Shown here one piece after another: positions 50,982-63,685 of a stretch of DNA of 64,000 bases. The first letter of the stretch is position 1. Each line of letters starts with the position of its first letter. The position numbers and the translations under genes are program-made. Source of the stretch: Laetmonice hystrix (lineage: Eukaryota); the NCBI GenBank assembly GCA_965235115.1, contig OZ249436.1, positions 16,680,001 to 16,744,000 on the forward strand, given 5' to 3'. Under the pieces are notes generated by a model, which worked only from the letters and a program-made list of their open reading frames with translations, ran no database searches and was not told where the DNA came from.

Positions 50982-52212
50982 CAGATATTCTAACTCTGTA
51001 AAGTCCGACACAGGCTAATTAAATGGGAAGTGTGGCTCAAGTCAGTGAACTGCCGTGACGTCACGGGTAAGACTATAGATATAGAATCCTCCACGGCCGT
51101 ATGACTCCCACACCATAGCGTTACGAAAACGGAAGTCCTTCCACCGGACTATTCGGCAGCCTACTGACTTGTGCCGGAAGGGTTCCATTTTCGGCACGGC
51201 GGCACCATGGGACTCATTCGGGACTCCCTCGGGCATATGACGTCACGGTCACTTCCTGCTATTCGAATATACCCTCGGGTGGAATAGCGGCCATGTTTGG
51301 CAACCAGATCCCCTTGCGACGGCCATGCGATTTTTGATTTAATGGTGGAATTTCATGCTGAATTTGTTTTATCTGGCTGGCCTTCCCTGTTGGGTTCCAT
51401 CCTTTAATCCAAAATAGCAGTAACATAAAACGGTGGTGTCAAAATCGCATGGCCGTCGCAAGGATAATCCCCGGCTGTCTTTCGTGAACTGGCTGCATGA
51501 AGGGAGCGTAAACGGTCATGGTCTGGTAAACTAGCAGTAAAGCATTCTGATTCATTGCTAATGACTATTTCTATTTGTTTGAACCCTTTGGGAACAATTA
51601 AAATAAAACGAGTACAGATACCCTTCCTGACCTCTGCCAGGATCCCCATAGAGTCGACCCAGTACACGAGTATGGACGTGAAAGGAAGTCATATACCGGC
51701 AAGGTTTAATCTACACCAGACTCTTGATCAGCGATCACCTTTTGTAAAACTTTACCTCTTAACTTTATCCTCGCTTGAATTTCGACCCTGGCAATATGGC
51801 ACAACAAGAGCACCAAAAGACCTGTTCAAACTAACTTTTGTCTCAGACACCCATAAACCTTCTCTTGGTCTTTTAGTTACCCTAACATCTCTTTCATAAT
51901 TGTCCTAGGAACTCGCCCGGTCGACTTTTGTTACCCATCAGATCCTAATCTGTGTCATTCAAATAGCTCTGGTAAATATCGCCATCTCCTGGCCTGAAAC
52001 TAGAATTCTACTACTGCGTGTTGATGCAAGGGACCTCGTTCTACAAACATGTATTGACCTGGTTTGGGATCCTTGGCACGGCGTTTGTGGAGCTACCCGT
52101 TATTAGGTGTCGTGGTCAGTGAGTCAGATCGCAGGATTCCCACGGACGGTAAAGTGACGAGGCGGCAGCAGGAGGTCGACTGAAGGATCCCAGTGTTACT
52201 CAATACATCAAG

Positions 52213-55200
52213 ATGTCGAAATGTAAGTAGTATTCTTTCACTTTTCGTTAGCTTTCTCATTAACAGAATCACATTCGAGGTGTTTCTGCCGGCCAGTTTT
52301 AGCATACCACTAACCCTGGACGATTAATAACACTTTTCGTTAGCTTTCTCACATTCAAAGTGTTTCTTGATGACCTTGATAATGACAGGGATGACCTTGA
52401 TAATGGTTATTTTGCCAATTTACTGAGCTTTATGGTCGCCCCCACTGGACTGGCACGTGCACGCCCATATTTATTTTCATCACTCTGCCCCGTGGGACAG
52501 GGGTGTCGGATGATCAATATAAACCGATGAGTAAACATGAAAAGTCTGCTCAGGTACTGAAGATGGCTAACAGTTGCACACATGTATCATGCCTTCCATC
52601 CATCCATCCATCCATCCATCCAGGCACACTGCCGATAGTGGCGGATGGGGATTCTGTCAGGTAAACCTTTCCAAACCTCCTGAACAATATGCAATGAATA
52701 ATTTGATATTTATGTAAAATAAACACCCCCTGCAGTGGTCGCATAATTGGGAGAGACTGATGAAAAGGGGGCGTCAATATAATTAAGATGGAACTTGAAA
52801 TTCGGTTAATTCTCTGTTAACTTCTGAATTAATCTCTGAGCTTAAAAAAACTTGGCTGGATGTATAATTTATTGCAAGTGGATCCTGGCCGAGTCTGCTT
52901 TATGTGTGTTCTAAGCGTCCCGGAAACGTCCCCTCAGTTGGTCACCTGACCTAGTCTGGTTTATGTTTGTTGTAAGTGTCCCATCAATTGGCCACCTGAC
53001 CGAGTCAGGTTTCTATTTGTTCCAATCGTCCCCTCAGTTGATCACCTGACCTAGTCTGGTTTATCTTTGTTGTAAGCGTCCCCTCAGTTGGCCACCTGAC
53101 CGAGTCTAGTTTGTAACCACACTCCTTCCCATGATCCTCTCCGTGCCTCGACTGTCACTGCCACAAGTGGCAAACTGGTTCCCTGCCTAGAGGAGTTAAG
53201 CAGGGACCCAGCCAGTGCCAGGCTGCCGGGACTATACTCCTCTGCTGTTTTCATGATGTCGTGAGCAATAAAGACTCCAAAAACCTTTTCTAATTTGTGG
53301 CTGAGGTTGTTACCTTGCCATCTCCTACCTCCTATTGTATCGTGCAAACAGCAAAAACATCCCACAGAAAATAATTTGACGGGCGATTTGTTGCCATGCT
53401 GTTTGCGCGGGATCCCCGCCCGGTGGAGTGAGCCCAACTTGGTGAGCCGTCTACGCGGAACGCGGAACGCGCGACCTGTTCACAACCGACAATGAAATAG
53501 TTCTTAAAATAAATGCGATGGGATGTATTCGGGATAGAACATATCGTGTTGATGCTGGTTTATTATGTGATATTTAAACATTTTAAACACTATTGGTGAA
53601 ATCTAGCTCATACGGTTCCTATTTTAGGTGTATATGAACTTTGTGGCTGTCGACCACCAAATGTGCAAGTTGTGGCAGTGAGACTTGAGAGAACCGAGAG
53701 GCTCATGGGAAGGAGTTTGGTTGTAAACATCTCCTCAGTTGGTCACCTGACCGAGTCTAGTTTATGCTTGTTGTAAGCGTTCCCTCAGTTGATCACCTGA
53801 CCGAGTCTAGTTTATATTTGTTGTAAATTCCCCTTCAGTTGGTCGCCTGGCCGAGTCTAGTTTATCTTTGTTGTAAGCGTCCCCTCAGTTGGTCACCTGA
53901 CCAAATCAGGTTTCTGTTTGTTTTAAGCGTCCCGGAAGCGGCCCCTCAGTTGCCGGGAGACATCGATGATCGCCGCCATCGTGCTCCTTTTCCTGATCGT
54001 CACTGTGCTCGTCGTCCTCGTGACCGTGTTCGCCGCAAGTTACTACAAGTCCCCCTCCAAGTACAAGAAACTTGGCGATGCAATCAGTGTCAGTTATCGT
54101 CATTATACATATAACTTTTTGTTTCTACGGCAAAATTAAAACTTTTGAATCCTTGTCGTTAGACAGTGATATTTCAAAGGTGTATGGATCAACTTCTATG
54201 AAATACAATGATCGAGGACGGTCTGAGGATAATGCACGCCAAACAGATTTTTGATTTATCATTCAAAATGGCCGGTGGGTGGCCATCTTGGATGTAAACA
54301 CATTTGGAGAAATAACCTGGAAAAACGATCTGGATTTCATTCAAATAAGGCAAATACTGTGTTAGTTGGTTTGTGTAGTGTCCGTTTCTGTTTACTGTTA
54401 GTTTGTTTCTGTTCACTGTTAGTTGGTTTGTGTTGACTGTAAGTTGAATTGTGTTCACTTTTAGTTGGTATGTGTTCACTGTCAGTTTGTTTGTGTTCAC
54501 TGTTAATTGGTTTGTGTTCACTGTCAGATGGTTTGTGTTCACTGTTAGTTGGTTTGTGTTAACGGTCAGTTGGTTTGTGTAGGGCCAGAAGTCGAGGGTT
54601 TGCGTGACGGCCGACTGTGTGGAAGTGGCGGGGAAGACCATCGCTAACATGAACCTGTCCGTCGATCCGTGCAAGGACTTCTATCAGTATGTCTGCGGTG
54701 GCTTCATGAAAAACACCATCCTCAAACAGGACGAACCGTTCATGGATTTGGGGCTAAAGTATATTGAAATCGAAACCCATGCAAAGCTCATCAAAGTAAG
54801 CTTGCTGAGAGAGACTCCTCCTCCTCCAAACGAAGTAATACACATGAAAACTCATTGATATTTACTGTACACCTATGTACGATTAAATACATACCTTATA
54901 TACGCACAAATATGACCATACTTTTTTTACAACTTCCTTCGTATTCTGCCGGAACAGGCAATGAAATCTCCAAGCACGATAATAAACGGGAAGCGATCAA
55001 CTGCAGTTCAAAAAGCGAAAAGCTTTTTCGCCGCCTGTCTGAACGTTTCATCAAACACAAATGATGGTCCTGGAATTCTACAAAAGGTAATGTTTCCCTG
55101 TTCTATAATATGGCTCATCTCGCGATTCCAAAACCTTTACTTGCGACATTACAGCAGCCAATTATTTCGCCGGTTTTACTGATACTTGAGTTGATTTCCA

Positions 55201-58200
55201 TGCTTTCGATACTTGTGCCCTCTGTACGCTTAGAGTATATCGCTTCTTGTTCCCTCTGTACCCATACAGTATATCGATACCTGTGCCCTCTCTACCCATA
55301 CAGTATATAGATACTTGTGCCCTCTCTACCCATACAGTATATCGATACTTGTGCCCTCTCTACCCATACAGTATATCGATACTTGTGCCCTCTCTACCCA
55401 TACAGTATATCGATACTTGTGCCCTCTGTACCCATACAGTATATCGATACTTGTTCCCTCTGTACCCATACAGTATATCGATACTTATTCCCTCTGTACC
55501 CGTACAGTATATCGATACCTGTGCCCTCTCTACCCATACAGTATATAGATACTTGTGCCCTCTCTACCCATACAGTATATCGATACCTGTGCCCTCTCTA
55601 CCCATACAGTATATCGATACTTGTGCCCTCTCTACCCATACAGTATATCGATACCTGTGCCCTCTCTACCCATACAGTATATCGATACTTGTGCCCTCTC
55701 TGTACCCGTACAGTATATCGATACTTGTGCCCTCTGTACCCGTACAGTATATCGATACTTGTGCCCTCTGTACCCGTACAGTATATCGATACTTGTGCCC
55801 TCTGTACCCATACAGTATATCGATACTTGTTCCCTCTGTACCCGTACAGTATATCGATACCTGTGCCCTCTCTACCCATACAGTATATAGATACTTGTGC
55901 CCTCTCTACCCATACAGTATATCGATACTTGTTCCCTCTCTACCCATACAGTATATAGATACTTGTGTCCTCTCTACCCATACAGTATATCGATACCTGT
56001 GCCCTCTCTACCCATACAGTATATCGATACTTGTTCCCTCTCTACCCATACAGTATATCGATACCTGTGCCCTCTCTACCCATACAGTATATAGATACTT
56101 GTGTCCTCTCTACCCATACAGTATATCGACAGTCTGGGTGGATGGCCGCTGTCCGGGTATTTTGATTCCGGGCTGGCTAACGTGGCAGTGACGGCAGCCA
56201 AGGTGGCAAGGATGGGAAGTTCGGGTCTCTTCGGCGTGGACATGGGTGTCAACGACTTCAATAACAGCAGATTTATAACTAGGTCTGCTATATACTACCT
56301 GAGCTCCTTATATAAAACAGCACAAACTATTTTTCTGACATAAACAGCTCCTAACGGTCCATACTACATCTCTATTCCAGACTAATGCCTACAATGCCAC
56401 CGCTACAGAGCCCAAGCGCCTACAATAGTACAGACGCGATGAACAAATATAGGACTCTTATCGAGGGCGTGGTCAAACTGTTGGGAGGTGACGTCACACT
56501 TCGAGCCTCCATCATCAATGACATCATCGACATTGACAAGGCAGTAGCAAAGGTGGGCCGCATAGGGCTATTGGAACAGCTCCTGCACATTTACCGTGAC
56601 AGTAGATGAAGGTGGACAATGATGTTTGTCATGTTACAGATGGTTCCGCCTCCAGCCATCCTGGGCAACGTGACGCTCAGGAGCAACATGATGACAGTCC
56701 AGAAAGTCCAGAACCTAATCGGACCTAAGGTGCCCGTATGGTAGGGGGAGTTCAAATAAATGGGGATAATTTCCTTGGCCCTGATTGGGGCAGTTATGTC
56801 ACACCGCCTTCTGCCAGGAACCAGTCAACTCCCCAGAGTTTTCTGAGGCTGAGCTGCTAATCTAAACGAATGAAAGGAAGCATTAATAAAATACCCAGCA
56901 CCTGATACCAAAGAAGATGTCTGAATAAAAGTCTAGTTGCTGCAATCAGTGTCATGAGCAGCACCAGCGTTTCTATAGTATCTCAATTTATTACTTACTT
57001 TATGACCCGTAATGAAGTGTGTAATTTTACGACAAATCGTATTTTTGTAAGGAACTGACTTAGATTTTAAGAGGGTAAAAATAATATCTCTATTTTTTCA
57101 GTTTATGATGGCAAACTTCCTAGAACATTTCCTGGGATATTCAATTCAACCGACAAGAAAAGTTCTGGTTGCGTTTCCTAACTTTTTGTCTGGAGTAAAA
57201 GCGATATTAGACAAATACTCCAAAGAGTAAGTAAAGTTTGCCATTATTAAAGATTATTGTAGAATATGCTGTTTGGTAGATATAATTTCTGCACAGTCGC
57301 ATATCACTCTATATGGTATTATAACAGATTGTTTCATGCGCTCTGATTGGTCGGATTCGGGTCACGTGGTATGAAATGGGTATCGAAATCGATCTATTTT
57401 CCCAGGGCATCGTCCCAAGGAAATAGATCGATTGTGGGTTGATTAACGTGGCATCAAAGGCAAAAGACTAATCCCCAATTGTACAGTCAACGTTTGTATA
57501 ATAAATTATGATTGTTTATATTATAGGTCTTCCATTGCCCTCATATCCAGTCAACGTTCGTATAATAAATTTTGATTGTTTATATTGTAGGTCTTCTATT
57601 GCTTATCTGGTCTGGGCGTCAGTGTATGCCCGCATCGACTTTCTCTCGAAACCGTTTACTGACCTGCTTGCTGAGGCCAAGCAGAAAGTCAACTTTGATC
57701 CAAACCTTTGTCTCCAACTGTCGAAGAAATATTTTACCCAGGTTATTGGTGCAATCTACGTCGAGCATTACTACGACAAGAGTGCCACCGCCAAGGTTAG
57801 TGTCAGTAGGAATCGTTATGGCAGGTATTTCAGTCATATTCAGGGCGATAGGAACCATTTCATTCAGCCACTTCATTTACCCCCGAGTCCCAGGGGGTGG
57901 GTGGCGAGGAGGACGAATTGAGAAAGAAACCTGCCACCGGGAGGCAATCCCTACCCTCCTCGAAAAATTGTAAGGGTGCTTTTACATTCCCAGTCGCACA
58001 GACACGGCTGGACATACCAAACCTTCGATGACCCAGTTGCAGAGCACTGGGGAGGGTCAGTGAGAAAACGGTACTGGAAGGATCGAAATCCGTCTGTGCC
58101 ACGCAGATGGTTTTGTACGCCGACACTCGACCACTTCCCCGCACCAGCCCTAGCTCCATTTGTCGTCTTGTCGCAGAGGCGTAGGAAGCACTTTAAAAGT

Positions 58201-61137
58201 GTGTGTGTGTGGGGGGGGGCAACAGGGCCATGCGCCGGATTTTTCGACGGGGATTACAGTTTGGCGGGTGCAGACTGGGCGAGCGCTGAAGGCGCGAAGC
58301 CATGCTAGGGGGGTCCGGGGGCATGCCCCCCGAAACATTTTGAAATTTATAGTGTAATTTGGTGACATTTGGTGCATCTTAGAGCACAAAATAAGGTCTG
58401 TAATGCGAGAAAATACCCCCATAGGCTTCCAATGGCAAAAGTCAAGGGGAGGGAAAAAGTGGGGGGACCAAAAGATACTCTGGCCCCCTCATTTCAAATT
58501 GGGGGGGCCATGCCCCCCCCCCCCCCCCCGGCCCCCTTTTTCTACGCCCCTGAGAGGTTGAGCTGAGGATCCTTCTTACCCCTGATTCCCAACGGGGTTA
58601 CTGGAGGGGTGCATGTGTAATTATGAATGTAAATGTGTCGTATGCATGTATTATGTATCATGCACTTGTGTTATAGGCCTTTTAATCAGCGAGTTCACTA
58701 TCCGGAAATTTTGGCTTATTTCCAGTTTTGTGCATTTACGTTTCCATCAGAGAATCAAGAAAATTGAAAGGATAATTACCTTACGCCTTTCCCCTCCGAA
58801 CTGTTATGCCAAAACATCGTTATGCGTGAACAAATACACCAAAGAAACATTTATTTTTTGGAACATCAAATTGTTATGTGTAGATCGAGGAGATGCTCGC
58901 GCGGGCTCAAAAAGCATTCCAGGACAAGCTGCCCTCAGTGGAATGGATGGACGAAGTCAGCAAGCAAAAAGCCTTTGAGAAACTCCGCGCCTTGAAACAC
59001 AAGATTTCCTACAATGACATCAATGTGGACGCAGCGGCCCTCGACAGAGCGTACCAGTTCTATGTGAGTTTACAACGTCACGGGGGCCCTCGACAAGGCC
59101 TATACTAATTCTGTGTGAGTTTACAACGTCACGGGAGCCCTCGACAAGACCTATACTAATTCTCTGTGAGTTTACAACGTCACGGGGGCCTCGACAAGGC
59201 CTATACCAATTCTGTGTGAGTTTACAACGTCACGGGGGCCCTCGACAAGGCCTATACTAATTCTGTGTGAGTTTACAACGTCACGGGGGCCCTCGACAAG
59301 GCCTATACTAATTGTGTGTGAGTTTACAACGTCACAAGTCCCTCGACAGGGCCTATGGATCTACTAATTCTGTGTGAGTTTACAACGTCACAAGTCCCTC
59401 GATAGGGCCTATGGATCTACTAATTCTGTGTGAGTTTACAACGTTACAAGTCCCTCGACAGGGCCTATACTAATTCTGTGTGAGTTTACGTCCCGGAGGC
59501 CCTCGACAGGGCCTATAATTCTATGTGAGTTTATAACGTGTTTATAACGTCACCGATGCAGCATTGGCCTCACTTTCCCATCAAATATCTTCGTTTTTAA
59601 ACAATATTCTGTTCACCTTTGTGCGTTGTCGACTTTGTTGAATGTATGCTCTATAACATCTTTCGTTTAGGGGCCTATCATAGAGGACAACTTCTTCGCT
59701 ACTATTAACAACGTTGAACAAGGGGCGTTCAAACATATGCTTTCCCAGCGCGGGAAACCTGTCACCGTCGCTTCAACTATTGCGTACGTAAAACCAAGTG
59801 TACGGATGGTTGGTTTGGGGGCATTTATAGTTAAGGTATGCAAAAAATAAGCCCTAAGATAAAACCATGGAACTATAGCTATAGTTCCATGGTAAAACTT
59901 TATTCAGGTATGTCAAGTTAATATACTAAACGCTAAGGGTAAACATTTCTCAAGTCTGCCAAAACGTTAAACTTTAAACAGGGATACCAAAACTACCTAC
60001 CCAAAGGTTAAACCTAAAACAGGGATACCAAAAATACCAAGGTTAAACTTCATACCAAAATACCAAATAATCAAGTAACCATGGGTTGAATATCGAATCA
60101 ACCACAAACAACGAATCAGATCAAAGAGAAAGCCAAAAGTTTTGCTTTTTAAGGGATGAGGCGCCAGATGTTGTCAACGCGGCTTACATGCCAAACATGA
60201 ACGCGATCATGACGTGGGCAAGCGTCCTTGGTTATGCAATTTACGACGAAGATTTCCCTATGTGAGTTAAACTTATCATTTATAAAACAAATGTTTACTT
60301 TTTATGGATTTAAATCACAAATATGGCTCTTAGAATCAGGTTGATTGTTTGATTAGATTAGTTGACTGTCAAGGGTAAGATGGTACTCAACGACACAAAC
60401 AGCTAGGGTAAATACAAACACCTGACTTCCAATTATGAAAAGTGGATGATCAACTTTAGATCTGCGCTTTAAAACTATGCCAACAATGCCTTTTTGATGC
60501 GAACTATATTCAAGTCATAATCAGAACAATTACACGGGACCAATCTCCCATGATCCTCGGTACACTCGTCTCTACCACACATGCCTTTTCACGGGCAGAA
60601 TCTGACCCCTTAATTTTGGCCATAGTGTGTGGTATTTGTAGATTTTAGCGTATCTCAGAATCCCCAAACCGAAAGTGTCAAGTGAATGTTTTTAACCGTA
60701 CAAGAGAAAAAATCTTGATGAAATATTAGTCGCAAGTTGGTGAGGGCCAGTTCGGCGCGATTCGGAATACTTCCGGTGTTTCTGACTACAGCTACTTCCG
60801 TCCCAATATGACAGATAATAGTGTTGAGGATTTCTTCGAAGACCTTAACAGTAAGCAACAAGAGTGTCTCAGCTATTTGTACATTTATATTGGAGCTCGG
60901 CAATGTTCGGCTGTGTCCATGTATTCGGGGATTTGTAGGTCAGTTCAGGGGGCACGCAAACGGTAGCACCCAATTTATGGAAGAGATAACGGAGTGCTTG
61001 GAAAATGAGAAAATGAGGGCATCTTTAGAAAGCGTGATAATTATTTTTTTCTTGATGTTGTTTGGACAGCGGCATGTTATATGGAAGCTCCGGATTCATG
61101 CTCGGCCATGAGATAACGCACGGCTATGACAGCACTG
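52213..61137 (+). CDS. M13 (neprilysin/ECE-like) metallopeptidase, copy C, 3'-partial (exons 1-13); join(52213..52222,53928..54088,54583..54795,54958..55086,56122..56282,56381..56552,56640..56729,57102..57226,57591..57795,58884..59063,59671..59783,60154..60261,61070..61137,...)
   Basis: Colinear with copy B, open through VNAAY and GHEITHGYD; exon 11 is one codon shorter. Exons 14-17 are not in the window, so an intact gene is not proven. Confidence 0.87.
52905..53950 (+). repeat. 50-bp exon 2 acceptor-derived array (copy C)
   Basis: Same unit as in A and B; the first unit CTAAG|CGTCCCGGAAACGTCCCCTCAGTTG keeps the full exon start. Confidence 0.85.
53116..53721. mobile_element. TIR element inserted in the copy C exon 2 acceptor array, apparent 4-bp TSD TGTA
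   Basis: TGTA-ACCACACTCCTTCCCATGA...TCATGGGAAGGAGTTTGGT-TGTA; imperfect TIR of about 55 bp. Confidence 0.75.
54362..54582 (+). repeat. 21-bp array ending at the exon 3 acceptor (copy C, ~10 units)
   Basis: GTTGGTTTGTGTTCACTGTTA; first and last units read GTTGGTTTGTGTAG. Confidence 0.9.
55205..56129 (+). repeat. 34-bp exon 5 acceptor-derived array (copy C, ~27 units)
   Basis: TACTTGTGCCCTCTCTACCCATACAG|TATATCGA repeated up to the real exon start at 56122. Confidence 0.93.
58174..58552. mobile_element. MITE (same family as 2778-3166, opposite orientation), copy C intron 9
   Basis: CAGAGGCGTAGGAAG...TTTCTACGCCCCTG; absent at the homologous position in copy B (~37190-37205). Confidence 0.85.
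59038..59552 (+). repeat. ~51-bp exon 10 donor-derived array (copy C, ~10 units)
   Basis: Same unit as 37709-39001. Confidence 0.92.
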
Positions 61138-61530
61138 GTAAGGGTTTCCATAACCTAATCACATCCAAGGTTGGTATTTCCATAACCTAATCACAAGGTT
61201 GCTGTTTCCATTACCTAATTACACATATGGTGAGTGTTTAAATAATCTAATCACATCCCTGGTAGGGGTTTCCATTATCATAATCTCATCCAAGGTTGGT
61301 GTTTCCATTATGTAATCTCATCCAAGATTGGTGTTTCCATTATCCAATCACATCCAAGAATGGTGTTTCCATGATCTAATCTCATCCAAGATTGGTGTTT
61401 CCATTATCCAATCACATCCAAGAATGGTGTTTCCATGATCTAATCTCATCCAAGATTGGTATTTCCATTATCTAATCTCATCCAAGGTTGGTGTTTCTAA
61501 TCACACCCAAGATTGGTGTTTCCATTACCG
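61138..61530 (+). repeat. 32-bp array starting at the exon 13 donor (copy C, ~12 units)
   Basis: GATTGGTGTTTCCATTATCCAATCACATCCAA, period 32. Confidence 0.85.
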
Positions 61531-61636
61531 ATATGCATTCCAGGTACATCTGTCCTTGGGTCAGAGTGACCCATGTGTGAAGAAAGAACTTCTGGGGCCC
61601 GTCTCACTAAAGGCTGGTTAATAACCAGATCGTTAA

Positions 61637-62155
61637 AGGGAGCCGTAAAATTCATTTTTTTCGATTTATGGCAGTCTTAGAAACATATGATTCGCATACC
61701 TAGGACTCCCAGTAACATCATGTGAGACTGTTATAGCCCAGCGACCAGTATTTAGTAAGGAAAATATGCCAAATCTCTCGCAAATACGTAGCTCAGAATT
61801 AGCGAGCGGCCCACAGGATATTTGAGTTGGCCGCGGTCGGGCGATGATGACGCGTGATCACGTGACTTCCGGGTGTACATGCGGTATTTAGGTCAACGCT
61901 AGACTAGAGGGAGATTCCCTTCCACACCCGGAAGTCACGTGATCACGCGTCATCATCGCCCGACCGCGGCCAACTCAAATATCCTGTCGGCCGCTCGCTA
62001 ATTCTGAGCTACGTATTTGCGAGAGATTTGGCATATTTTCCTTACTAAATACTGGTCGCTGGGCTATAACAGTCTCACATGATGTTACTGGGAGTCCAAG
62101 GTATGCGAATCATATAGACTGCCATAAATCGAAAAAATGAATTTTACGGCTCCCT
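61637..62155. mobile_element. TTAA-flanked near-perfect palindromic element (Kolobok-like AGG...CCT ends)
   Basis: Arms of about 240 bp (61637-61876 / 61924-62155) around a spacer of about 47 bp. Confidence 0.88.
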
Positions 62156-62434
62156 TTAAGTTAACATATAGGAGTGAATGGAAGGCTGCTGGTTACTGTA
62201 AATATCTGTAGCATAAGCTCCTACCTACAATAACTGCAAACTGTCCCGAATTGGGGATCGTGGTAGATCTTGACGCTTTGGCCTCCTGACCTCACAAATT
62301 GTTATTACCTACAAAGTAGCTACGAACTGCTACTAATAACCCACGAAGACCGATGGAAACCTGTGAACTGTGGCGAACTAATGCCGAAGATCACCATCTG
62401 TTAAAAGGCCCTGTCATGTCAGTTTGTCAAGTCT

Positions 62435-63685
62435 AGCCTTTTCCCAACCTTCACGATTTTTACGTTGATTCAGGCCGGTTTGGATCGTGAAAAGTCGTAG
62501 GGAAGTCTTGAGAGTGTCGTAGATGTAGGCCTAGTCGGGGGAAGTCCTGAACAGTCACAAAAGTTCGCAACCAAGTTGTCATCTCATTTCGTCGTGGCGC
62601 AAGTTTAGCCCCGTTCTCATCTGGCCGATTTTGATCCCGGAATGTCATAGTGGTTTGTATTGGTGGCGTCAGAGGATATCAGAGGGGTTCGTAGGCGATT
62701 CCTAGGGGATAGTAGGAGTGTTTACGAAGTAATAGAAAGGGTTACGAAGTCCCACGAACCCGGCTACGAACATCTATTATCGGCATGAGTTCCGCACGGT
62801 TCGTAGCGTAGTCGTTGGTGATTCGTATGTACATCATAATTTCTTAGATTCGAGCTACCAAGAACCGTTAAGGATTCCGTCGCGCTCTCACGAACTGTTC
62901 GGAAATTTGAGGAAGGGGTTAGCATTATGGTGGATCTACCAGGAGGCAAAAATTCCCTCGTTTGACAAAGATTCCACTCAATCAGGATATAAGAGAGGCA
63001 GTTCTGATCTGATATCTGGCCGCCGTGAGGGTTGTACTTTGCATGGGGATGTCACGTGGGCAAACGTAGTCTTAAAGCCTCGGTGCCACCAACGCCGATT
63101 GTTCTACGTCCTATGCCGTTCTATCAAAATCTGAAATTTATTTATTTATTCTAGAACTGCTACGACTGTCAAGGCTTGCTACGATCGTAGGCAGGATCGT
63201 AGCTATTTTTAGCAGATCGTAGGAATTCGTAGGTGAATCGCATGAATTCGGCATATTTTTTCTCTACGATTCATTACGAACAGGCACGAACCACCTACGA
63301 AGTCCTACGAACCACTACGATCTACCTACGAATAATTGACGAACTGCTACGATTTTTTTGTCTGACGAACTTCTTGACGATCTCCCTACGATCTCGAGAT
63401 CGTAGCAGTTCGGGACCCAATTCGGGAATGTGCCTACGAATATTTACGAACAATCACGACACTAACATGACATGACATGACTACGATATTGTTAAGACAT
63501 TTGACGATCCGTGACAAGTTCGCGAACTACCACGATTTTTTTGAACATTTTGAAACTTGCGCCACGACAAAACAAGACGACGACTTGGTTGCGAACTTTT
63601 GCGACTGTTCAGGATCTCCCCCGATTAAAACTACGACACCCTCATGACTGCGGCGTAAAAAAATCGTGAAAGTGGGAAAGGGGCT
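62435..63685. mobile_element. TIR element with TACGA/TCGTAG-rich interior; related sequence at 42650-43250 and from 63699
   Basis: AGCCTTTTCCCAACCTTCACGATTTT ... AAAATCGTGAAAGTGGGAAAGGGGCT; about 200-bp imperfect inverted arms. Confidence 0.6.
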
